The notes under the pieces were generated by a model. The model was not told where the DNA came from and searched no databases. It saw only the letters and a program-made list of their open reading frames with translations. A stretch of DNA of 64,000 nt from Strigamia acuminata (lineage: Eukaryota), in the NCBI GenBank assembly GCA_949358305.1, contig OX442314.1, positions 9,362,001 through 9,426,000 of the forward strand, read 5' to 3'. Positions 13,501 through 24,230 of this stretch are shown here, in pieces. Both the position numbers and the translations under genes were made by a program. The first letter of the stretch is position 1. Each line of letters opens with the position of its first letter.

Positions 13501-14481
13501 AATTTTGCACATTTTAGTCAATTTTCCACATTTTCAGCAAATCTCAGCCATTTTTTTACACATTACAGCAAATTTCACAAAATACACCACACATTTACCA
13601 ACTTTCAACTCCACAAAAATCAACTCTGCAAGTCAAACTTTTAAAACAGAGAAAACATAAAAATTAAAAACTTGCTGCTGGCAATCTGAAACCTTTCACA
13701 TATAAACCTTAACCACAAAAATAAAAAAAAACCAAAAAAAAAAACCACGATTTCCTCCCGTTCATTTTCCATTCCAATCCATCTGTTACCACCTCAAGAC
13801 ATCCACAAAATGTCACAAAATCCACATCCATTTAAATACTTTTATTTCCAAAATACCCCCACCAACCCCACCACCATTTTATTCAAATACCAAACACATG
13901 TAAACGCCTAAACCTATTTGCTTTTACAGCAAACATCTGTTTGTTTTTGCCCTACTGCTGCCAGCAATACCCCAACATCAAAAACATAAAAAAAACAACA
14001 AAAAATCCCAACAATTTTTTAATCCCAAAAAAAAAAAAAAAAAAAAATCGACATTTATTTAAGATTTATCTAAGATTTATTTAAGATTTATTTAGCCGGT
14101 ATTAGCATCTAATTTCCTTGTTGGCAACTTGGCATTAGACGAGTGCAGCGCAGTGAAGCGCATTCCCAGGCGGTGCTTTTTGTGTTGTCTCAATCTCGCC
14201 CTCTCGTCGATAATTTACTGCTGTTGCTATTAAAATTTTATGGCAAATTCCTTTATTTATTCTCTCAGATGCAAATGCACGAGGGATTCAACTCAACTCG
14301 TCCCACATTAACAACTGATACTTTCTTTTTTCGTCTCCCACTCTCGCCCATTTCTCAAACTGCGTCTCTTTGCCCAAATAAATCAATTGCAGACCCAGGA
14401 GTGCATTAAGCTAAGAGACACAGACATGCGCACAACAAATTACAACCAACTCATTTGTGCGCATTCCTTTTTCAACAACAA

Positions 14482-14665
14482 TGCTGTGTTCGGACTTCAC
14501 TGCATGTTTTGTGTAGTGACGTTATCTTTGCCTCAGGCGCTGTACCCCCAGCGCCACCTTGTAGCTTGACCCCGAATAAAGCACTTGTTAGTTCTTAGCC
14601 TAATATGACTGACCTTTCATTTCAACCATCCTCAACATAATTTGTTATTAGTAAGATATATACTA
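14482..14665 (+). repeat. 5' LTR (TG...TA)
   Basis: Direct repeat of 19021-19204. Contains AATAAA and a GGCGCTG...CAGCGCC stem. Confidence 0.95.
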
Positions 14666-14667
14666 AA

Positions 14668-14677
14668 TGGCGACGAG
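14668..14677 (+). promoter_or_regulatory. Primer-binding site, probably tRNA-Ser(GCU)
   Basis: TGGCGACGAG lies 2 nt after the 5' LTR and is complementary to the ...CTCGTCGCCA 3' end of eukaryotic tRNA-Ser(GCU) (tRNA sequence recalled, not searched). Confidence 0.75.
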
Positions 14678-14861
14678 ATAAGGATCCGAAATCCACGTGC
14701 AACTAATGAATCCAGTAGCGACGCAAGTTTTTTTCGTGTTTTTCGAACTTTTGAGCGCTTTTTCGGCCCGTTGCTGACCACGCCGTCCCGACGTTAGGCC
14801 TACGTTCCATTGTCACGTTTTCCTCGCGTTTTCGTACTCAACGCCGACTTTTGCCATCAAA

Positions 14862-17800
14862 ATGTCAGCTCTAAAAGGGACACCGCGGGAATACGATCCA
14901 ACAGAGGATTGGGGCCTGTATTGCAAGCGAATGACGAGCATTTTCGCTTGTAACAAAATCGTCGATGACCAGGAGAAGGTCCACACGCTGCTGTCGTACG
15001 TCGGCATGCCGACGTTTAAGCAGCTGGACACGCTCGCGGCGCCGAAGGAAGCTGCCGACTTGAAGTACGCGGACCTTGTGGCCTTGATGCAGAAAAATGC
15101 ACGCGCGAAGCCGCTCGTGCTGGGAGAAATTCGCCGTTTTCACCGCCGTGATCGATTGCCGAATGAAACCGTGCTGGAGTATTCTCTCGCTCTTCAGGAC
15201 CTGGCCCAAAACTGTGAGTTCGCCGACAAAACTAACGAATTAAGAAATCGCTTTCTTTGTGGCCTCCAGAATGAGCAAGTGCAACAGGCGCTCACGTTAA
15301 AAAAAGATTTGACGTTCGACGACGCGGTCGAGTTCGCTGCCGCTGCTGAAGTGTCGCAAAAGGAATTTTCGACAATCGCGACGCAGAATGCATCGGCGCT
15401 GCCGGTGCACAAACTCCACTACGACTCCAAACCACGTCACGATGCGTCAAGGGGTAGAAAACGCTCCTCGAGGGGCACTACCTCGTTTCAACCAGGCCGC
15501 CAACCATCCAACTCGAAAGGAAATGTGTCGGCGTGTTCTGCTTGCGGCAGTAAGTCGCACACGCGTGAAGCGTGCCGTTTTCGCGATGCCACGTGCCACG
15601 GATGCGGAAAAACTGGCCACATCAAACCAGTTTGCCGGTCGGTCTTGAAGTCACCAGCTCCAGTCCATGCAGTCGAGATGCCACAACAGCTCACGTACTA
15701 CGCTGTCGAGCCGGATTTGACGACGACCGTCAACGCGATTGGCATTAAAGCCACACAACCAATTATTTTGGCCATTAAAATTGCTAATGTCAATCTCCTA
15801 ATGGAAATGGACACGGGAGCAGGCGCTACATTTATAAATCTCGAAACTTACACTAAATATTTTTCAAATTTTCCATTGCAGCCCCTTCCGATCCAGATGA
15901 ATACGTATGGCGGCACAACACTCCGAATGGAAGGGGTTTGCGAAGTTCCGGTTCGTCATCGTGATCGCGATTTTCGTTTGCCGTTGTGCGTGGCGACTCA
16001 CGGCCCCGTCCCACTTCTTGGCCGCGACTGGCTCGAAGCATTTGGTTTGCTGTCGAAAACTGGCGACCTGGTGGGCGCAGAAGTATTTTCGTTGTCCACA
16101 TCGACGCCAACGCCCGAGAAGCTCGATACACCGTCGTCCAACAGATTGGACGAGATTTTGGAACGTCATGCCAACGTTTTTCGCGATGAAATCGGATGCT
16201 ACAACGTGCACAAGGTCCACATCGATATCGATCCGGCCGTGCAACCGATATTTTTGAAGAATTACCCAGTTCCACTCGCGATGAAGCCACGACTGGAGGA
16301 AGAGCTGCGCAGACTGCAGGATTTAGGTATCATAACTCCTGTCGCTTCTTCTAAATGGGCGACACCTATTATGCATGTCCTTAAATCAGATGGCACGTTA
16401 AAGATAGCGGGATGCTATAATAGAACCATAAATAAGGCGGTTCTCCCCAACTCTTACCCTTTACCTCTGTTTGAAGACGTTGCAGCGAAGTTGTCGGGCG
16501 GTGAGACGTATTCTACTCTAGATATGAATCACGCCTACAACCAGCTGGAGTTGGATGCAGAGAGTAAATTGGTGTGCACAATTAATACCCACTTGGGTCT
16601 CTTCACAGTAAATAGACTTTTTTACGGGATATCCAGCGCGCCGGCAATCTTCCAACGCGAGATGGACAAATTAACAGCCAAAGTCGAGAGTACGCAGCCG
16701 TTCATTGATGATTCGGCCGTGACCGGTGCAACAAACGCAACGCACTTATGCAACCTGGATCAATTATTGGGTGCATTTGACAAAGCCAATTTAACATTAA
16801 ATAGAAAAAAGTGCAAGTTTTTGCGTGCTTGTGTGCAGTTTTTGGGGCTGAACATTTCCAAGCTAGGAATCACGCCAGTGGACTCAAAATTGGCTCCACT
16901 ACGCAACGCCATGCAGCCAACCGACGTTTTATCGCTCAAATCGTTCCTGGGGCTCATAAACTATTATGGCAAATTTATTAATAATTTATCCACTTTATTA
17001 GAGCCGCTTTACCGCCTCACGCGCGACGATACGCCGTGGACATGGGGACAGGAACAACACAAGGCCTGGACGAAGGTCAAGGCTGCAGTAACTGTCGATT
17101 CAGCGCTGGCACACTACGACGCGAAGAAGCAACTTTATCTGACCGTTGATGCCTCGCCGGTCGGTGTGGGCGCCTTTATTTCCCACGTAGAAAATGGAAT
17201 CCATCGTCCAATTGCCTTTGCGAGTTCCCTCTTGTCCAGCGCGCAGAAAAATTATGCGCAAATCGACCGTGAAGGTCTTGCGATCGTTTATGGCGTTCGC
17301 CGCTTCCATCACCACCTGTTTGGGAGAAAATTCATTTTACGAACTGACCACAAACCGCTGGTGGCCATTTTCGGAGAGAAGAAAGGATGCAATCAAATTG
17401 TCGCCGCTCGCCTGCACCGGTGGGCAATTTTCCTGAGTGCCTACGATTATGCTATCGAGCATGTGCCTGCGGTCGACAACCAAATTGCAGATGGATTGTC
17501 TCGCAATCCTCAACCTGTTGTCGACGGTCGAGAAGACCTCGACATGCACGTTAACGAAATATTTTCCGTTTCTCTTTCGCAGTTTCCAGTATCGCAAGCA
17601 GCCTTGCGTGCAGCATACGACGCAGACGCCCAATTGCAAGCAGTTCTGCAGTGCATCCGAGACGAATGGAAATCAAAGACACCTGACTTAATAAATTTTT
17701 ATAAGCACAGGTCCGCCTTTTCCACACATGGACCATTCTTGTTCCTGTCGGAGCGTTTGGTCGTGCCAGAGCAGCTTCGCCGTGCAGTCCTGACGGAGTT

Positions 17801-18920
17801 GCATGCAGGACATTTCGGAATCGTTCGCACCAAGTCGCTCGCTCGCTCAACAGTTTGGTGGCCGTCAATCGACCGTGACATCGAGTCGATGGTGCGTTCG
17901 TGCGACGTGTGCCAGCGCGCACTCCCGGATCCGCCAAAGACGTCCGACCTGCGTTGGCCCATTCCCGACGAAATTTGGGGGCGAATCCACCTCGATTTCG
18001 CCGGCCCCTTCCATGGCAAAATGTTCCTGCTGGCTGTGGATGCGCGCACCAAGTGGTGCGAAGTTCGTATGATGACCGCCACTACCTCGAAAGCAACAAT
18101 TGCGGTTTTAAAATGTTGGTTTAAACGTCACGGCTTGCCGATCCACGTTCATTCCGACAATGGGCCGCAATTCACTTCAGCGGAATTTGTTGACTTCCTG
18201 TCACGGAACGGCATCCGACAAACTCGTTCACCGCCTTTCCACCCAGCTACCAACGGAGCAGTGGAAGGCTTCGTGAAGACTTTTAAAAATCAAGTCGGAA
18301 AATTTCTAAATTTGAATTTGAGCATTTCAGAAGCCGTTGACCAATTTTTAATTGCCTATCGCTCGACGCCGCACGTTTCTACACGGACTACGCCGTCCGA
18401 GGCATTTCTACAACGAACTGTTCGAACTAGATTACATTTGTTGAACCCCCGCTTAATGCCGGAGCCAACAACTGTGGAAACGCGCCGTTCCTTCGAGCCT
18501 GGGGAATTGGTGTTCGCGCGCGACTATTTGCACGCCGCGAGATGGGTTCCTGGGATAATATCGCAGAAGACATCGTCCACCACGTACGATGTGGCCGTCG
18601 GAAATGCCATAATTTGGAACCGACATGCGGACCAGCTCCGAAAACGCCAGACTTCGCACGCTCAAATTCCGGAGGGGGGAGGGAATCGCGGACATTTTCC
18701 TTTGATAAGTGACGACTCAAACCTCGGTAATACACCCTCAGTTGTACAACCGCAAGTCCTAGTTGCTCCTCCCAATTCACCCAACCTCCTAAACGTTCGT
18801 GATGCTTCTCCAGCTCCTACACCTCCTCCTGTTCCCGTCAATACTCCTGTTGTGCCGTACCGCCATCCCCAGCGTATTCGCAACCCGACACAATTTTACG
18901 GATATAATAACAGTGATTAA
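14862..18920 (+). CDS. Gag-Pol polyprotein, 1352 aa (2 CCHC zinc knuckles, protease, RT, RNase H, integrase)
   Basis: Knuckles CSACGSKSHTREAC and CHGCGKTGHIKPVC; protease MDTGA; RT LD...AY, FYGISSAPAIFQ and FIDD; RNase H VDAS and TDHKPL; integrase H-x3-H...CDVC, LDFAG, SDNG and NGAVE. The PR-RT-RH-IN order indicates Gypsy. Confidence 0.97.
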   Translation: MSALKGTPREYDPTEDWGLYCKRMTSIFACNKIVDDQEKVHTLLSYVGMPTFKQLDTLAAPKEAADLKYADLVALMQKNARAKPLVLGEIRRFHRRDRLPNETVLEYSLALQDLAQNCEFADKTNELRNRFLCGLQNEQVQQALTLKKDLTFDDAVEFAAAAEVSQKEFSTIATQNASALPVHKLHYDSKPRHDASRGRKRSSRGTTSFQPGRQPSNSKGNVSACSACGSKSHTREACRFRDATCHGCGKTGHIKPVCRSVLKSPAPVHAVEMPQQLTYYAVEPDLTTTVNAIGIKATQPIILAIKIANVNLLMEMDTGAGATFINLETYTKYFSNFPLQPLPIQMNTYGGTTLRMEGVCEVPVRHRDRDFRLPLCVATHGPVPLLGRDWLEAFGLLSKTGDLVGAEVFSLSTSTPTPEKLDTPSSNRLDEILERHANVFRDEIGCYNVHKVHIDIDPAVQPIFLKNYPVPLAMKPRLEEELRRLQDLGIITPVASSKWATPIMHVLKSDGTLKIAGCYNRTINKAVLPNSYPLPLFEDVAAKLSGGETYSTLDMNHAYNQLELDAESKLVCTINTHLGLFTVNRLFYGISSAPAIFQREMDKLTAKVESTQPFIDDSAVTGATNATHLCNLDQLLGAFDKANLTLNRKKCKFLRACVQFLGLNISKLGITPVDSKLAPLRNAMQPTDVLSLKSFLGLINYYGKFINNLSTLLEPLYRLTRDDTPWTWGQEQHKAWTKVKAAVTVDSALAHYDAKKQLYLTVDASPVGVGAFISHVENGIHRPIAFASSLLSSAQKNYAQIDREGLAIVYGVRRFHHHLFGRKFILRTDHKPLVAIFGEKKGCNQIVAARLHRWAIFLSAYDYAIEHVPAVDNQIADGLSRNPQPVVDGREDLDMHVNEIFSVSLSQFPVSQAALRAAYDADAQLQAVLQCIRDEWKSKTPDLINFYKHRSAFSTHGPFLFLSERLVVPEQLRRAVLTELHAGHFGIVRTKSLARSTVWWPSIDRDIESMVRSCDVCQRALPDPPKTSDLRWPIPDEIWGRIHLDFAGPFHGKMFLLAVDARTKWCEVRMMTATTSKATIAVLKCWFKRHGLPIHVHSDNGPQFTSAEFVDFLSRNGIRQTRSPPFHPATNGAVEGFVKTFKNQVGKFLNLNLSISEAVDQFLIAYRSTPHVSTRTTPSEAFLQRTVRTRLHLLNPRLMPEPTTVETRRSFEPGELVFARDYLHAARWVPGIISQKTSSTTYDVAVGNAIIWNRHADQLRKRQTSHAQIPEGGGNRGHFPLISDDSNLGNTPSVVQPQVLVAPPNSPNLLNVRDASPAPTPPPVPVNTPVVPYRHPQRIRNPTQFYGYNNSD

Positions 18921-19020
18921 GTGTATTTGTTTTTATTAATCGAATTGGTACATTGTCTATCGTGAATGAATTCTATTATTGTATTTGTGATTTGATTAAT
19001 GTGCCATTAATGGGGAATGA

Positions 19021-19204
19021 TGCTGTGTTCGGACTTCACTGCATGTTTTGTGTAGTGACGTTATCTTTGCCTCAGGCGCTGTACCCCCAGCGCCACCTTG
19101 TAGCTTGACCCCGAATAAAGCACTTGTTAGTTCTTAGCCTAATATGACTGACCTTTCATTTCAACCATCCTCAACATAATTTGTTATTAGTAAGATATAT
19201 ACTA
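19021..19204 (+). repeat. 3' LTR
   Basis: Copy of 14482-14665, preceded by the purine-rich AATGGGGAATGA (PPT-like). Confidence 0.95.
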
Positions 19205-19364
19205 AACAAAACATTTTTTCTCTCTCTCTCTCTCTCTCACAAACTCGCAAAAATATTTCGTAATTGGTGGTCGTGAATCATTCTGCCGTCAGATGGCAGC
19301 TTCCACTCGCGCCAAATATCCGGTTCCATCTCGATGCATGAGATATGGAAGGGGGTGCAAGATA

Positions 19365-19771
19365 CTGTCGAACCTCGTTATAACGTAGTAATCCCCGGGT
19401 TCCTTACAATTCGTTATAACGAGGTTCGACTGAATTTATCATCGCGATATAACGAATTGTCGTTATAACGAAGAAATTTTACGAGTTCCTTACGATTCGT
19501 TATAACGAGGTTCGACTGTACCTACGTTTCGGGATATAACAAATTTTCGTTATAACGAAAAAATTAACCCCGGGTATCTTCAGATTCGTTATAACGAGGT
19601 TCGACTGTACCTATGCATCGGGATATAACGAATTTTCGTTATAACGAAAAAATTTCTCAGGTTTCTTGCGATTCGTTATAACGAGGTTCGACTGTACCTG
19701 TGTAACAAATTTTCGTTATAATGAAGAAATTTCCTCATGTTCTTGCGATTCGTTATAATGAGGTTCGACTG
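19365..19771. mobile_element. Tc1/mariner(pogo/Tigger)-type MITE with five tandem right ends
   Basis: Left end TA|CTGTCGAACCTCGTTATAACG. CGTTATAA(C/T)GAGGTTCGACTG ends at 19432, 19518, 19607, 19694 and 19771, the last four followed by TA. Confidence 0.8.
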
Positions 19772-20289
19772 TACCTATGGAGTTTGATTCTCCCCCTTTT
19801 CTTTTCCGGTATGTTTCGTGTGTTGTTGTATAATCGTCTCGCGAAAGCCGATCCTATGCAAATTGCCGGTCCCGGGAGACGAATCCCAATCACATCTTTC
19901 AATTGGATTTGGGCTGAGCGAGTTTCAATTTTATTCCCACACAACATGTTTTTTTTTTTTAAAGAAAAAAAACGTAATGCATCGAGTTCGTTATAGGGAA
20001 TGTTGGTTTTAAATTGGGTTGTTTTGTTTTGTATTTTTATTTTTTTTTGTCATTTTATGTGAAATCATTTTTGCAGATAAATGTTTTTGATGAGTGATTT
20101 GATTGGTAATTTTTATACAATTACCAGTACAGTATTACTATTAGGAAACACGGATTTTGATTGTGATTGATGATTCAAATTTGCAATTGTTTGGGTAAAT
20201 TTCAAATGATTGTAGTGATTTTGTGCACATTTTGGTTGAATTTCTCATGAACTTAATGATTTTGTGTCAAAATTTGGTTGAAATCCGAA

Positions 20290-20750
20290 CACATTTCACA
20301 AATTTCTTCAATTTTCGAACAATTTTCACAATTTTCTTCAATTTTCGAACAAATTTCACAAATTTCTTTAATTTTCGAACAAATTTAACAAATTTCTTCA
20401 ATTTTCGAACAAATTTAACAAATTTCACACATTTCAAACAATTTTCACAATTTTCACAAATTTTACAAATTTCAAACAAATTTCACAAATTTCAAACAAT
20501 TTTCACAAATTTCACAAATTTTACAAATTTCAAACAAATTTCACAAATTTCAAACAAATTTCTTCAATTTTCGAACAAATTTCAAACAAATTTCTTCAAT
20601 TTTCGAACAAATTTCAAACAAATTTCTTCAATTTTCGAACAAATTTCAAACAAATTTCTTCAATTTTCGAACAAATTTCAAACAAATTTCAAACAAATTT
20701 CAAACAAATTTCAAACAAATTTCAAACAAATTTCAAACAATTTTTCACAA
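20290..20750. repeat. AAATTTCAAAC / AAATTTCTTCAATTTTCGAAC minisatellite
   Basis: Tandem 11- and 21-bp units. Confidence 0.85.
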
Positions 20751-21880
20751 CTTTCCCCAACTTTTGACTAAAATCCAATCCAATTCCACTATACCATCTC
20801 AAACATTTGTTTCACACTCCAAACAGAATTCCTAATTTTCATCAACATACATCCTTTCTTCCACATTCACAATTCCCCCCCACCCCGCCCCCCCCCCCAA
20901 AAAAAAACATCTTCACCAACAACCATCCTTACCAAACATCCAATAAACCTCTCCACCAAAAAACCTTCCCCAACCCAAAAAAACCCCCAACCGCTCCATT
21001 TTTTAATTCCATTCCAACCCCTCAAAAAACTCATGTTTATCAACTCAATTTAAATATTTGCCCAACCGTCCTTACACCGAGGTCGCATTTAAAAATCACC
21101 CCGACTCCCAAACCCTAAAAAAGTGTGAGTGACAGAAGCTGATCTGGCAACAATCTCCTTTTTTTTCCCCGCGAGGGGGCGTGCGCTTCTTAATGGATGC
21201 GGTCTGGTCGCATGGACGCGAAGCTTTTTCACCATTTTAATCACGAGCCCCCAGAATGCCACGTGCTCAACCCCCTCCCCACCCCCACCCTTCCCGTTCC
21301 CATCACTCGAACTGCCCCCCCCCGCCCCCCCATCCCTACTCATCACCCCCCCTGTGGGTTTATCGAGGATTGCTGGCGTGTTAGCCGAATTGAGGGTCAG
21401 GGGTGAGAATAAGAAAAGACTGGGGGGGCAGGGGGGGGCAATGAAGAGGGGGATGAGATGTCCAAAGGGAATTTGGACTCGCATGTAGATGAGTTTGTGT
21501 GGGGGACTACGCCCTTCAAAAGTGAGCTGGGATTGCGTGACGTGTGGAATTCATAACTAGACTGGTAGTGGACAGTGGACACTAATTTTTCCAAGTGGTG
21601 GATCCGATGGATTTCAATTTGGCAAAGAGGTTGGGGAATTCCGAGAGTAAATCCCATCAAAATGGAATTGTGAAGGTGTAAAGTTGGTCGGTGGGTTAAG
21701 GGACTAGCGAAGGTCGTTTCGCACACCCCGTGATGACCGAAGAGGTTAAGTTTTTTTTTTTTTTTTTTTTTTTTTGAGGGGTGTGGGGGTGTGGATTGGT
21801 TGTTTGGGGCCGTTGGTGTAGTTTATTGTTGTGTAAAGTATTTTTTTTTATTGAAATGCACTTAGGAAACGTCAATTGAA

Positions 21881-22385
21881 TTTTGGACGGGGAATATCGA
21901 ATTGTTGGCCGAAGCAAGTCGACCGTCGTCCGCGTGGGGACTCGATCACGGTCGGATAAATTATTTCAGCCGAAAGCCAAACTTTTACAATTTTGACAAC
22001 GTTTAGAGCAAATAAAAATAACATAAACACACCAAATCAACATTTCCTCCAAAAATTAAAAAAAAATTAACTGTGACACGATAAAACATCGATTGAGTTT
22101 TGGACGGAAATTATCAAATTGTTGGCCGCGGTAAGTCGACCGTCGCCCGCGTGAGAACTCAATCACGGTCGCATAAATCATTTTTCCACCAAAAATCAAT
22201 CTTTTAACAACATTTCCATCAAATTCACGTAAACACAACACACAAACACAAAAAATAAACATTTTCTCCCGAAATAAAACCCTACACAAAAACCCAATTA
22301 AACACCGACACGATAAAACACCAATTCACTTTTCGACGGAGATTATCAAATTCTTGGCCGCACCAAGTCGCCCGTCTCCGGCATC
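21881..22385. repeat. Three decaying copies of an ~85-bp CpG-rich core at ~220-230 bp spacing
   Basis: TTTTGGACGG...AATTGTTGGCCG...AAGTCGACCGTCG...ATCACGGTCG at about 21881 and 22098, with a partial copy at about 22330. Confidence 0.75.
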
Positions 22386-23395
22386 ACAACACCGCCACCA
22401 CCGTACAAATCAAAAACCAAACTTTTTCCAACAAATAACACGATTTTTTGATAAACCGGATCCACAACCCCCTTCACCCCCCCACACAATAAAAAAAAAA
22501 TTCTAAAAATTAAAAAAAAAAAACCTGAACAATGTGACAAATGCAGGGGGTAACAGGGTCACATGATGGATGACAATGACTTTTGATTGGGTTAATTGGA
22601 CGCGTGTCTTCAAACTCACGTCGGACAGCCGCAAGAGGTCGTCCCAACTGTTATAACAAGCCACATTTAATGGATTTCCCTTAACCCTAAACCATTAACT
22701 ATAATTAAAATAATTGACGTCGCATGTCACGTGTCCAGCAGTTGTCAAGGTATTGCCCACTCTTTTTTCCCCATTCCGCATTTTACACCCCTGCCCCCCC
22801 CACCTGCCCCCCCATTCAACTCACAAATGTGAGGGAGGAAGGACAAACAAAATCCCTCTTTGTCACAGCGCCTTATCGCCACCAGAGGGGGCGGCATAAC
22901 CAATTTAATCATGGTTACCCCCTTATCGTGGCCCCCTAATCAGTGACAACCCCCTTGTAGAAGTACACAACACTTCCCCACCCCCACCAATCCCGGCTTT
23001 TCAGCATCTGAGTGACACTTTGCCCTCCCCTTGTGTCACCAACACCGAAATCCTCCCCCCGGAGCTTTCAATAAATATTTAATGTTCAGAAGTCTCTTAC
23101 CTTGAGGCGTCGCTTTTATGCTATCGAGCAACCGGAAGTGGATATGTTGCTCAGGAAATTGTCACCTCGGGCTGTTATTTTATCCAATTATCATCAACCT
23201 GGAAAATAAGTGGCGACTTGTTAACACCAATAAAGTGGACATTTTGTCAGAAACGAGTAACGACTTAGAAAATCAACAAATCATTCTGATTGGATAGAAA
23301 TTAAATATTATAATTTTTTTTTTTTAAATAATAAAATTTTAAAAAATAAAAAAATAACATTAAGTATCATGCAGGGTGTAATTTTCAATATAAAA

Positions 23396-23526
23396 ATAAT
23401 TTTTTATAATTAAATTTCAAAAAATTAACATTAGGCATCATGCAGGCTGTACTTTTCGACCAAGTTACCGCCTGCATGATGCTGGAAAATTCGCTTTTCA
23501 GCCATTTTTAAACGAGAATTATTTTA
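23396..23526. repeat. Left arm of the ~130-bp inverted repeat flanking H2B
   Basis: Reverse complement of 24231-24361, about 94% identical by eye. Internal hairpin GCATCATGCAGGC...GCCTGCATGATGC. Confidence 0.9.
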
Positions 23527-23582
23527 TTATTATTAAAAAAACGAAAAACAAGCATTACAAAATAGAAAAAAACCAACGGAGC

Positions 23583-23984
23583 TTAATTAATTTCCTTCTT
23601 TTCATCATCAAATTCAATCTCTTTGCTTTTTTCGGCAACCAGAGCGCCTTGATACCTGGCCACGGCTTTGTTGCCTTCGCAAACGGCGTGTCGGGCCAAT
23701 TCCGGGGGAAGCATTAATCGAACGACGGTCTGGACTTCCCGACTGGTAATAGTGCCGCGCTTGTTTATTTGCGCCACACGAGCAGCTTCGTCCGCGATCC
23801 TTTCGAATAAATCGATGACCATACTATTCATAATGTTCATCGCCTTGTTGGTAAGACAAGAACCGGGATGAACGTCCTTCAACACCTTATTAATGTAGCT
23901 CATGTAATTTTCCTTCCTGCGCCGGCTTCGTCGCTTCTTATCGCCGCTCATGTTCAACACGGATCGCTTGGTCGCTGGAGCCAT
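23583..23984 (-). CDS. H2B: Divergent histone H2B variant, 133 aa, intronless
   Basis: Histone-fold motifs [39 protein letters not shown] and [31 protein letters not shown], plus an extra C-terminal tail. Confidence 0.93.
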   Translation of the reverse strand: MAPATKRSVLNMSGDKKRRSRRRKENYMSYINKVLKDVHPGSCLTNKAMNIMNSMVIDLFERIADEAARVAQINKRGTITSREVQTVVRLMLPPELARHAVCEGNKAVARYQGALVAEKSKEIEFDDEKKEIN

Positions 23985-24033
23985 GATCTAATGTCCGTTA
24001 GTTTCGAATGTGCTTGAAGTTACTTCCAGCGAG

Positions 24034-24130
24034 CCTATATACAGAAAATTCCGAACGAAATACCACCGTAAGAGTCAATCCTCATTGGTCACTAAGTTTA
24101 CGTATGCCGTACGAATTTCGGCAGCCAATC
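24034..24130 (-). promoter_or_regulatory. Histone-type promoter: TATA plus two opposed CCAAT boxes
   Basis: TATATA at 24036-24041 (~52 nt upstream of the ATG), CCAAT on the minus strand at 24084-24088 and on the plus strand at 24125-24129. Confidence 0.65.
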
Positions 24131-24230
24131 AGCGGCAAGAAGGTTCACGGCATGTATTTTTAACCATTAAGTTCGATTATTTACGTTAAAATTCGAATTT
24201 ACCGACGGAAACAAATTTTTTACTCAAAAA

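Larger units (their letters stand above)
14482..19204 (+). mobile_element. Full-length Ty3/Gypsy LTR retrotransposon (Mag-like)
   Basis: Two 184-bp LTRs that look identical by eye, a 5-bp TSD AACAA (14477-14481 and 19205-19209), a PBS, a PPT-like tract and an intact gag-pol ORF. Confidence 0.97.

Noticed and set aside
14813..18883. Many short ORFs overlapping gag-pol on both strands
   Set aside because: Shadow frames of a GC-rich coding sequence; no env-like or accessory ORF is supported.
20223..20771. 182-aa ORF, and similar ORFs at 13215, 25717, 29387, 35791, 41472, 47626 and 63151
   Set aside because: Translations of minisatellites with low-complexity periodic peptides.
21089..21488. Pro/Gly-rich ORFs on both strands
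   Set aside because: They arise from a C-run to G-run composition switch, with no splice or codon support.
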